A stretch of 64,000 nt of DNA from Scyliorhinus canicula (lineage: Eukaryota). The notes beneath the pieces were generated by a model. It did not search any database. It was not told the origin of the DNA and saw only the letters and a list, made by a program, of their open reading frames with translations. Below, piece after piece: positions 11,917 through 22,548 of the stretch. The position numbers and the translations under genes were made by a program. The DNA lies in contig NC_052149.1 of the NCBI RefSeq assembly GCF_902713615.1, positions 153,760,379 through 153,824,378 on the forward strand. The letters run 5' to 3'. Positions within the stretch are counted from its first letter, which is position 1, and each line of letters starts with the position of its first letter.

Positions 11917-11980
11917 GTAATCTTTATTAATGTCACAAGTAGGCTTGCATTAACACTGCAATGAAGTTACTGTGAAAATC
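11917..11980 (-). mobile_element. Retroposon 3' tail fragment (cacagtaacttcattgcagtg type)
   Basis: Same tail as the SINEs at 49507 and 56495. Confidence 0.7.
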
Positions 11981-12924
11981 ATAATAGTCAGGAAGCATTT
12001 AATCATCCATTCCTTTTTCTCTCGGTTTCCATGTGGCCTCTTTGGCTGGTTGCTGTTTCAATTTCTTGGACCTTAGAAAGTGGTTCAGTGTTTAGACATG
12101 GGTTTTTTTACGATGTTGAAACCGCCTTAACTGTTTTGTATTTGTATCTCATTTACCCAGGAGGGAAAATCATGCTTTGACACATCATAACATTTTCTTT
12201 AGAAAATATTTTATCAAAGCATTTGTAATTTTCACAGTTTACCAAATTAACATTCTAAACAACATTGCGGCCCGATGCACGCGACCACATCACAATAACA
12301 TACCCAACTACCCTCCCGCCCTAGCTCCGAACTACCCGTATATTAAATTCCCTGCCCTTATTTTACACTGCCATGCCTTCCATTTTCTCCCCCCCCCCCC
12401 CCCCCCCCCCCCGCCCCCCACCTTTCTGTTGACATTCAATTTTCCTTAAAGAAGTCGATAAACGGCTGCCACCTCCGAGCAAACCCCTAAGTTGAACCTC
12501 TCAAGGCGAACTTAATCTTTACCAGCCTGAGAAACCCTGCCATGTTGCTAACCCACATTCCTGACTTTGGAGGCTCCGTGTCCCTCCATCCCAGCAAAAC
12601 CGTCCCTGGGCCTCTAGGGAGGAGAAGGCCAGAACATCGGCCACCCTCCTCCCCCTGGGCACCCGGATCTTCTGATACCCCAAATATTGCCATTTCTGGA
12701 CTCTGAGTCACCCTCCCTTCCAGGACCTCTCACATGACGTCCGCAAATCCCTGCCAGAATCTTTTCAGCTTCAGACACACCCAGAACATATGTACATGAT
12801 TCGCCGGGCTACCCCCATAGCGTTCGCACCTGTCCTCCACTTCCTCGAAAAACCCACTCATCCGGGCTACCATCATGTGGGCCCTATGCACCACCTTGAA
12901 CTGGATCAAGCTAAGCCTGGCACA

Positions 12925-13046
12925 CAAAAGGTTAAGTGGGGTTACGGGGATCGGGTAGATACATGGGCTTGAATAGGGTGCTCTTTGTAAGGGCCGGTGC
13001 AGACTTGATGGCCGAATGGCCTCCTTCTGCACTATCAATTCTATGA
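12925..13046 (+). mobile_element. 5'-truncated HE1-type SINE inside L1
   Basis: ggttaagtggggttacgggg...ccggtgcagacttgatggccgaatggcctccttctgcactatcaattctatga. Confidence 0.85.
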
Positions 13047-14740
13047 CGACGAGGTTGAATTAATTCTCTTCAAGGCCTTTTCCCACAGTGCGACTTCCAG
13101 CTGCCCTCCCTACTTTTCCTCCCACTTCCCCTTCACCTCCCCGATTGGGATCCCGTCCCACTCCATCAATTCTTTGTATATCTACGAGACCCTCCCCATC
13201 CAACCCCCATTTTAAACATTACCTTATCTTGTAGTCCCATGGGGGGGGGGGGGGGGGGGGGCGAGGAAAGCTTGGAACCTGCCTCCGAACAAAGTCCCGT
13301 ACCTGTAGCTACAGAAACCCGTTCCCACCCGGCAATTTAAACTCCTTCTAATGCCTCCAGGCTCGGAAAGCCTTCCTCAATTAAGAGATCCCCAAATCTA
13401 TCAATCCCTGCCTGCTGCCACCTCCTAAAGACCGCGCGCAGCCCTCTCAGAACAAACCGGTTTTATCACAGATCAGTGACCACACTGACGCCCCCTCCAA
13501 TCTCACGTGCTGTCTCCATTGTCCCCATACTCTCAGGGCTGCAACTACCACAGGGCTAGTGGAATACCGAGTTGGCGAGAATGGCAGGGATGCCGGTAGC
13601 AAAGCCTCCTAACTTGTACCCTTACACGATGTGCTTCTACTTGCTTCCACACCGACCCCATGCCCACTACCCACTTCCTAACCATCGATATGTTGGCCAC
13701 CCAGTAATAGTTCAGAAAATTCGGAAGGGCTAAGCCCCCCTCCCCGCGCCCCCGTTCCAAAAGTACCTCCTCCACCCTCTGGGTCTTACTAACCCATACA
13801 AAACCTGAGATCGCCGTGTTCATCTTCCTGAAAAAAGCCTCGGGGATAAAAATCGGAAGACATTGAAAAACGAACAGCAACCTCGGGAGGACTGTCATCT
13901 TCACAGTCTGCACCCTCTCCGCCAATGACAGCGGGAGCATGTCTCACCTGTGGAAGTCTCTTTTCATATGCTCGACCGCCCTACCCAGATTTCATTTATG
14001 GAGCTGACCCAGTCCCTTGCCACCCGAATCCCCCAGATACCTAAAACTCCGACCCACCACTTTGAACGGTAACTCCCTCAGTCTCCTCTCCTGCCCCCAT
14101 CCCTGGATCACGAACAATCTAATCCATATTTAACTTGTTACCTGAGAATCGACCAAATTCTTCCAGTATCTCCATAATTCCAGCCAACCCCCCCACCAAG
14201 GAGCAAATCGTCTGCGTGGAGCGAGACCCTATGTTCCACCCCCCCAAACCACCACTCCACCCTCTCACTATCCCGCGCCAAACATTCGATGACCCGAGGG
14301 CTACTGCCACGGGCTCCACAGCCAGGACAAACAGTCGTGGGGAGAGCGGACACCCCTGTATTGTCTCCCTACGCAAACTAAAGTATTCTGACTGGACCTG
14401 GTTGGTCCTTACATTCTCCACCGGTCCCTGGTATAGCAACTGGACCCAATCCACAAATCCCTGCCCAAACCCAAGCCTTCCTAAGATATCACGCAAGTAC
14501 TTCCTCTCCACCCGGTCAAAGGCCTTTTCTGCATCCATGGCTACCACCTCAATCTCGCGCCCCTCCGCTGGCATCATTATAACATTTATGAGCCGTCTAA
14601 TGTTGGACGTCACGTGCCATCCCTTCACAAATCCCATCTAGTCCTCCCCTATTGCATCCGGGACACCGTCCTCTATACGTGTGGCCAGGAGCTTTGCCAG
14701 CAACGTCGCATCTACATTCAAAAGGGAAATCAGCCTATAC

Positions 14741-15434
14741 CAGTGTTCTTCAAGCTTTTTCCGGGGACCCATTTTCACCAACCGGCCAACCTTCGGGACC
14801 CAACCCTGCCGACCTTCGCGACCCACGCCGGCCGACCTGTGCAACCCACCATTTTCTCTTACCTTGTTTGCTGCTGACAAAAATAGAGGAAATGGTTTTG
14901 GGTCCCTTCGGCCTCGTACACGCTCCTCCAATGGAACCTGTTGGATGGAGGTGCAGTCTTCCGGTGTCGGAAAGTATGGAGTATCCATCTGTCCAAAATT
15001 CTGCATTTTTTCCCCTATAATATTTTATCAAATAAACCCCCCCCCCCCCCCAAACTTGTAAAAACAAATAAAAATGAAATGAATAAAATAAATGAATAAA
15101 ACCACTGTGAATTTGTAAAACAAAAAGCTGCAGCTATTTTTTTTTTAAAGCGGCCGCACTGCTCATGCGTGCCCGATCATCGGCGCACATGCGCAAAACT
15201 ATGCACATGCACACCGATGATCTGGCACCCATGTGCAGTAGGGCCACATTTTTTTTTACATGTTCGCGGCCATTTTGAAGGCTGCTTGCAGCCGACATTA
15301 TTAACAGCCGGCTGCTGTGGATATTGCGCGCAGATTTGCGCGATCGGGAGCAACGCGAAGGACGGCTCCGCGACCCTCCCGACACCCACCCACGACCCAT
15401 CCGCGGGTAGCACCCCCGAGTTTGACAATGCCTG
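14741..15434. mobile_element. Non-autonomous hAT (Charlie/Buster-like) element inside L1 ORF2
   Basis: Termini CAGTGTTCTTCAAGCT and (rc) CAGGCATTGTCAAACT. 8-bp TSD GCCTATAC (14733) / GCCTATAT (15435). Subterminal CGACC repeats. Confidence 0.85.
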
Positions 15435-16119
15435 GCCTATATGATCCACAACTCTCTGGATCATTATCCCACTTCAAAATAAGGGAAATCGATGCCTGTG
15501 ATAACGTTGCGGGGAGCACTACCAGCTCCTTGGACTCATTAAAGGCCTTTACCAAGAGTGGCCCCAGTAACCCAGAAAACATTTTGTAAAATTCCACCGG
15601 GTGTCCGTCAGGTCCCGGAGCCTGACCCGATTGCTCCGCATATCTCCTGTCAACCTGTAAAATTTCACCTACCAGCCTGTTCAACTCCGTCCGTTCAGTC
15701 TTCTACCTATGAGCCCGAATCAAGGTGAATTCCCCCCTCATAACCGCCTTCAGTGCCTCCCACACCACCCCTGCCGAGATCTTACCCGTATCATTATTCT
15801 TTATGTACCCCCGAATGGCCTCCCTCACACACCTCATCCTTTGCTAGTCTAACCTCCATCTAGCCTCCATTGCGGCCGCGGGCCTTTCCTTTACTCACTC
15901 GCAGGTCTACCCAGTGTGGGCCGTGGTCCGACACCACAATTGCTGAATATTCAGTATCCATCCGCTCCCCCACAACGTAGGTCTTCAGCTCACCCCCCCC
16001 CCCCCCCCAAAAAGAAAGCACTTTGTTGTTTCAAACATCGCAAATTAAACGTTGAAAGTTTAATGTTTTTACAAAACATTGCTCATAGCTCAGTTCCCCA
16101 CAGTCAGACTTCAAGTTTT

Positions 16120-16938
16120 TCATTCTCCCATCAGTTTATTGTCTTTCATAAAGTCCACCACGTCCTCTGGCAAGAAAAAGTGCAACTTCCAACCCTCATA
16201 GGTCACCCATAGACGGGCCGGGTAAAGCAGACCAAACTTTATTCCTTTCACATATCGGGCCGACTTGACCTTATTGAAACTCGCCCTCCACTTTGCGAGT
16301 TCTGCTCCCAAGTCCTGGTAAACCCGGATCTCGATCTCTTCCCACACACACAGCTTTGTCTGCCTGGCCCATCTCATAATATGTTCCTTGTCCAGGAAGC
16401 AAAGTAGTCGTACCACCATCGCCCTCGGGGGCTCATGCCACTGGGGTTTATGTGTAAGTGCCCTGTGGGCCCGGTCTACCTGCAATGGCTTGTCAAACAC
16501 ACCTTCCCCCATCAGCTTCTCCCGCATCTTCCCCACATACGCACCAGCATCTGATCCTCCTTTCCCCTCCGGCAGACCCGCGATCCGGATGTTCTGCTTC
16601 CGTGAACGGTTCTCCAGGTCATCCACTTTCTCCAACAGTTGTTTCTGCTGGCCTTGCAGCATCCTGATCTCCGCTGCCATCGAGGTAGACTGCTCCTCAT
16701 GCTCACCCGCCTGCTCCTCCAATCTCTGGATCGCCTGTCCCTGGCTCGTCAGTCCCGCCTCCACGCAGTCAACCATCACCTTGATCGAGTCCACCGCCCG
16801 AGCCAGGTCCTCCGCACACTCCTTACGTTGTTGGGAGAACTTCTCATTCAAGAAGCTCACCAGCTGGTCTGTCGACCACAGCTGGCGGGGCCAAACCCTG
16901 CGCATTCGCCATTGCCGCACTCTAAATCTGGTCCTCAC
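16120..16938 (-). CDS. L1 ORF1p (coiled coil plus RRM/CTD, Transposase_22-like), open for 272 aa
   Basis: Heptad-rich segment followed by LENRSRKQNIRIAGLPEG, VDRAHR, PRAMVV, YQDL and LLYPARL. Confidence 0.8.
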   Translation of the reverse strand: MRTRFRVRQWRMRRVWPRQLWSTDQLVSFLNEKFSQQRKECAEDLARAVDSIKVMVDCVEAGLTSQGQAIQRLEEQAGEHEEQSTSMAAEIRMLQGQQKQLLEKVDDLENRSRKQNIRIAGLPEGKGGSDAGAYVGKMREKLMGEGVFDKPLQVDRAHRALTHKPQWHEPPRAMVVRLLCFLDKEHIMRWARQTKLCVWEEIEIRVYQDLGAELAKWRASFNKVKSARYVKGIKFGLLYPARLWVTYEGWKLHFFLPEDVVDFMKDNKLMGE

Positions 16939-17473
16939 ACGCCACCAACTTCTGATTCTTCCTTTTCCGATTTTTCCTGGGGCGCAGCTCCATAAACTAG
17001 GGGTCCCCAGCTTCTGTTCCTGCTTCTACACCTTTACTTCACAAAATTCCTACAACAATCCGGCGTAAGAGCCACAAAAGGACCACCATGAGCGGAAGCT
17101 GCCAAATGTGCGACCTTTCACTCCACGGCCGCCACTGGAAGTAGGTCACAACCTTTTTGATGGACCTGCGCAGGATGTGACGTATTGCTCTGGGTTGAGT
17201 AAGAAGTGGAAGAGTTTAAATACAAAATAATGTGGCTCATGCGTACAATCTGCTGGCAATTGTGCAGTTTTTAAAAAACTGACATATTTAGACATATTTT
17301 TATGCCATTTATCGTCACAATTTGAGTATTTGTATCCCAGTTATGTCTATCTGAACCTACTTGAAGGAGGCCAAGACAAAAAGTGCAGGGTGTAGGATAG
17401 ATAAACTGATAGAGTGGACCTGTCAATTGTTTGGTTTATTTTCAGTATTTAAAGCCCAATGGTCATCGTGACA

Positions 17474-17562
17474 GGGGGCGGGATTCTCCGACCCCCCCCC
17501 CACCGCGTCGGAGAATCGCCGGGGGGCGGCATGAATCCCGCCGAATTCTCCGGCACTGGAGA
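17474..17562. mobile_element. Terminal fragment of GC-rich MITE family (same as 62855)
   Basis: GGGCGGGATTCTCCGACCCCC..GTCGGAGAATCGCC, matching the left end of 62855-63526. Confidence 0.65.
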
Positions 17563-17897
17563 ATGCTTAAAATCCACAATCCCACAAATGCTTAAAATCT
17601 TCTCTCATAACAATGTTTTCCCTCAGTGGTTTGCATTCTGAAATCCAGTCCAGGCTTACAAATTACTTTTAACCCAAGTCTGCACTTCATTTTTAACAGC
17701 AAAACGAGTCCTGGATCGCTTTTTGGTTAACTGCTTTTACATAAACTCGAAGATCCAGCCACCAATTTCCATATCTCTTTGAACTCACGTACCACAGGCT
17801 GTGGTAAAATCGCTCAAACTTGAAAATCACTTTAGGCATCTTTCTGGCCTCATGATCCAATGCCTTTTCAACTCTGTGACTTTACTGAACAGTTTCT

Positions 17898-18250
17898 AGA
17901 TAGATAGAATTTATAGTGCAGAAGGAGGCCATTCGGCCCATCGAGTCTGCACCGGCTCTTGGAAAGAGCACCCTACCCAAGCACACACCTCCACCCTATC
18001 CCCATAACCCAGTAACCTCACCCAACAGTCAGGGCAATTTTGGACACTTAAGGGGCAATTTATCATGGCCAATCCACCTAACCTGCACATCTTTGGACTG
18101 TGGGAGGAAACCGGAGCACCCGCAGGAAACCCACGCACACACGGGGAGAACATGCAGATTCCGCACAGACAGTGACCCAAGCCGGGAATCGAAACTAGGA
18201 CCCTGGAGCTGTGAAGCAATTGTGCTAATCACTATGCTACCATGCTGCCC
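17898..18250 (-). mobile_element. V-SINE (HE1-type), full length, internal-duplication subfamily
   Basis: Head, V-domain and CR1-like tail. Duplicated aaattgccc unit. Confidence 0.92.
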
Positions 18251-19047
18251 AAGTTGCAGTTCTGTTCCAGTTGTTTTAATCTCAGGTGTCCTGGAAACTT
18301 CTTAATTTCTCTAGCCTCCTTAACTAGCTGCTCTTCAGAACTCTGCATTTGTTTTATTAACCATTACTCCATGGTATGGGTTTTCTTCTGGCTGCGAGAT
18401 ATTCCCTCTCTAGCCTTCAGAACCAACTGCTTCTAGCAGAGCTGTGAGAGCTGCCTTCTCTCTTAACTACCTATCTCCAGCTGCAATCAAATTAGCTAAA
18501 CTAAAACGTAAAAGTTTCTCTACATTACAAGACCCTTGTTGCTAAGCAATCCCTGCTGGTTTATTTACTCTTCATGCCACAGCCCTTTTTAAGGACAATA
18601 GAACCACAGTTGGGACTGAACCACCCCCACGCATACAATCACTTTTGTCCAGCGTGAATCTAACTATAGATGTTATCCCTCCAGACACCAACATTAAATT
18701 AAACCCATTTAAAACTATAACTTATTTCCAATGTTTACCATTACAAATATAAATCCCGTAAAACTGCCTATATTTTCCTAAAATGAGAATTTACTTTTCT
18801 TCTCTACAGCTTGGGAATGGAATTGTCCAATTAGCGTGGATCATCCACATTATTTGGAGTCCCTTTGCTACTGTTTTCCCACAATCTCAAAATTGTTTTC
18901 CTAACAATGTTTCTATCACTCTTTTCTTGCTCCTTAAATGAACAGGTATCACTTTTCATGTTAAACGTCAGAAGACCAAACTATTCCTGAGGCAAGCCAA
19001 AAATGACTGCTTGTGGAGAAGGTTTTCTGGGAATTCTAGTCTGAATA

Positions 19048-19585
19048 TGGCCCGTAACTTCCCCAGAGTGGCAATCTCCGTCAGATTGCCACCCTGGATT
19101 AATTTAACCTCCCTGTCATTCCAAAACCCCTGTCTCGCCCAACCGTCTGCACTCAGGTGGGGTGAATGGGAGGTGGAGCAGGGATTGACAGGAGGAGGAG
19201 GGGGCAATGGACTTGCGCGGGGTGGGGGGGGGGGGGGAACGGAGAGAGGAGGAGATGTAGACTGGAGACTGCGGGGGGCTGGTAGGATAAGGCAGGGCAG
19301 ACCTTGGGGGTCACTTTTGTGCAGGTTGTCTCATGTGAGGCTGGTCTTAGTATTTAAAAAGTTACTATCAGGATAAAACTGACAGAAACACTTGGAAGAT
19401 AGTGGTTTAAATTGCTTCTTATGGATGGCTCCCAGCCCAGTGCAATTGTTCATAGGATGTTAGCACTTCTGGACAATTGCCAGGTAAATGCTTACATAGG
19501 AACTTCCTGGAAGGATTCCCAGTGCATCATTGGGGTACTCTTTAAAAAAAAAAAAGACGCTGGGGAACCAGAAAATTATGGGCCA
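19048..19585. mobile_element. Old MITE-like element
   Basis: TGGCCCGTAACTT / (rc) TGGCCCATAATTT termini with TA on both flanks. Confidence 0.4.
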
Positions 19586-19867
19586 TAGTTAACAAAAAAC
19601 CGTAATGGCAGTATTTATGCTGTAGTATACTTTGAGCGCTGCTGAGCCGGAATGATCTTTTTATACTTTCACCAAGTGCAAGGTTATGAGGGCACCAATG
19701 GCAATAGCTTCCAGATTTAAAAATTGAGCCTACCCTAACTGCATATGAAAATTCTCTGAGCAGTGGGATATAATGACTGTTTAAGAAAGCAGACTAGATT
19801 GTGTTACCTATATTTAAGTAGCTGCTCATACTGTTAGATTTTATTTCAGTATCTCAAAACTACATTT

Positions 19868-20090
19868 AAAAACAAGAAAGTGCTGGAAATACTCAGCAGG
19901 TCAAGCAGCATCTGTGATGGGAGACAGTTAATGTTTCAGGTTGAAAATGACCGTTTCATCACAACTTTAAACGGTCACCTTGACTTGAAACATTGACTGT
20001 TCCTCTCAACAGATGCTGCCTAACCTGCTATTTACAGTATTTGTTTTGTTTTTATTTCAGACTTCCAGCATCCTCAGTACTTTGCTTTTA
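19868..20090. mobile_element. Penelope-like element terminal palindrome
   Basis: Inverted arms 19868-19956 and 19969-20052 (tgctggaaatactcagcagg..gcagcatctg / cagatgctgc..acctgct), with an HHR-like TGATGA..GAAAC remnant. Confidence 0.7.
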
Positions 20091-20278
20091 TCTCAAAACA
20101 GCACAGCTTTTGTGAATAAGTTTATTGGTTTCACGAGTTTTAAAAATTGAAAGTTTTTTTCAAATAACTTTCTTGTAGCTTTCTCAAGTTCTTCTATGGT
20201 GTAATGATGAGATATACCTGTCGCCTGCTATTGCAATTTAAAACCTTTCTGATTGAATACTTTTCATTGCAATTTTAG

Positions 20279-21648
20279 GGAACCACTGAAGAAAAGGTTT
20301 GCAGATCCTTGTCAAACACTAAAAGAGGAAGCTTTAAATGAAGACAGTGTACTTCAGCCATCAATTCAGAATCAAGCCCTTATGGAAGAGCCAAAGAGAA
20401 ATGGTAATGAGGGAACAAATGGAACATTTGACCAAGAAAGCAAACCCTTTGGATTTGGGTTTGGCAGGAATATGACCGATGAATCTGAGAATAAAGCTGG
20501 CAACAAAATCTCCATGGACTCTGGCAACTTGTCGAATAACTTGTTTTTCCAATGTATGCCTCAGAATGTTCCACAGAGCAACTACTTCACTGAAATTTCT
20601 GAAAGCTTATCCAATGACCCTCTAAGCTTCAATTCCTTTAAAATGGCTTCCAGTGCCACTGGCCAGAAAAGTGTCACAACACAGGCACTTGGAACTTCTG
20701 TTGGGTTGCATGCAGGAGGTAAACATGGGCAAGATACTGAGCGAAAGAATCTTCTTGGGGCCATTGAAGCCATGCCAACTCTAACTCCAGCTTTTCCAAG
20801 AAGTGCTTCTAGCCTCCAGTTTCTTCAATCTGTTCAACCGCCAGACCTTATGAAGGAGGAAATGCCTACCATTCCAGCAGGGAATCCATTCCTTGGATTT
20901 ACAGATCTAAAGGGAAATGGGGACAGTTTGCCCACAAACAGATCACAATCTAGCCTGTTCAGAAGTGACTTAATACGGCCTGCGGCTTCTGCTCCTGCAT
21001 CAGTTATTGTGAAACCCCCTTTGTTGATTAACTGGAAGAAGCCGGAAAAGATGGTGTCAGATGTGGGCAATAATAAAACTGAGCTTCCAAAGACATTTTC
21101 ACCTCCATTTTCCTCTCCAACTCAAAAGGCAGCTATTTTAGGTACCTCTAGACCAGACTCCCCAGAAACCCCATTTGCTGCAACCAATATTGAGATGCCA
21201 ACCTTATCCACTAGCCCAACTGGGGATCAAAGTTCAGGAAACCTTGCAATTCCAATTTCTGGTTCCGTAACTCCAGACAATCCACGTCGACAAGCTTTCT
21301 CAGACACTCCTCATCCCAGCAAGCAGCAGCACTCTATGTTTGCCATCAGTCTATCTGATAATGGCCTTGATGGTTCATCCAGTCAGCAGTCCCAATTTGA
21401 TCAGAGGAGGTTTTCTTTAGATGAACGAAGCTTGAATATGAAGCAAGATTCTGATTCAGCTTCCGACAGTGATTTATCAGACCTCAGTGATTCTGAGGTG
21501 CATATGCGATTGCAATCAAAGACTAGTTTAAAAGGATACCTGTCTTTTTTGCGTGAAGCAAGGGTGCCGAACGGCGAAGGAAATAAAGAACAAGTAGCAA
21601 AGGGGAGAGGGCGTGGGAGAGGACGGCCTCGGGGAAGACCTCCAAAAA
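20279..21648 (+). CDS. KDM3B: KDM3B large internal coding exon
   Basis: ttttag|G...AAAA|gtgagt, 1370 nt, phase 2-1, in ORF 20253..21668. Contains KPFGFGFG, NLFFQCM, SNYFT, MPTLTPAFPRS, IEMPTLS, RFSLDERSL and SDLSDLSDSE, all KDM3B motifs. Confidence 0.95.
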
Positions 21649-22313
21649 GTGAGTTTGCAGCACTATAGAAATAAAACACGGACAATTTCTGAATGAAGTT
21701 GAATTTGCACTAGGTGTGGTGAAGAGAGCAAGCTTCTTTTTTAATTACTTAGTAATACATACTGCCCAAATAGTATACTGATCGAGTAGCCTATTCTGGG
21801 ACCAGCGAGATACATTGCATGAGGGGGTCAGCTTACTGGCCGTTATAACTAATGAAAGGGCCCTGTTAGACTGGAGACCAATGTTTCCAGACGTTAAGCT
21901 AGCAAAAACAGCGTTCTTTATCAGAATGACTGGAAAACATCATGAATGGTAAAGTGTGCATTTTAGGGATTCACTGTCTCTCTTTTTGTTCGATGGATCT
22001 TTGTTACAAAGCACTTGCATTTCATCCCTTTATGGATGTCTTGTATTTTCCAATCAATACCTTGTTGAAAAACAATTGCTGGAGTACATGAGGTACATAA
22101 AACATTATTTCTTTGCAAAAAGCTGATCATATTAGCTGGTGAGAGGAAAGTGCAGTTTGCACTTCACTTTCTATTTTTGAGTACTAGTGCTACCAGTAAG
22201 TGTGGACTCAGTAGAGAGGTAAATTAAAAAGGGGTGTGCATTTTTTGTTGCTTCTGGCCGCTCCTGGGACATTTGAAAGGTCAGGCATCAAACAGCATTG
22301 GAAGCATTCTCGC

Positions 22314-22548
22314 CCTTTTTTAAAAAATATAAATTAAGAGTACCCAATTAATTTTTTCCATTTAAGGGGCAATTTACTGTGGCCAACCCACCTGGACTGC
22401 ACATCTTTGGGTTGTGGGGGTGAAACCCACGCAAACACAGGTAGAATGTGGAAACTCCACACGGACAGTGACCCAGAGCTGGGATCGAACCTGGGACCTC
22501 GGCGCCATGAGGCAGCAGGGCTAATCCACTGTGCTACCGTGCTGCCCC
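22314..22548 (-). mobile_element. Short A-tailed V-SINE
   Basis: Head, shortened V-domain and aattgggtactct..T/A tail. TSD TTCTCGCCCT / TTCTAGCCCT. Confidence 0.9.

Larger units (their letters stand above)
12193..17145 (-). mobile_element. L1-clade LINE with intact 5' end, ORF1 and decayed ORF2
   Basis: 5' end ACTTCCAGTGGCGGCCGTGG near 17142. ORF1 at 16120..16938. ORF2 remnants APGPDG, AFDRVE and GGLALPN. Decayed TSD TCATAACATTTT (12185) / TCACAACCTTTT (17146). Carries nested SINE and hAT insertions. Confidence 0.9.

Noticed and set aside
17911-18305. Recurrent short ORFs such as MQKEAIRPIESAPALGK.. and ..CVRGFPPGAPVSSHSPK..
   Set aside because: These are chance translations of V-SINE copies, not a protein family.
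17565-18780. Possible LTR remnant surrounding the 17898 SINE
   Set aside because: Composition is suggestive, but no termini, PBS or TSD could be identified.
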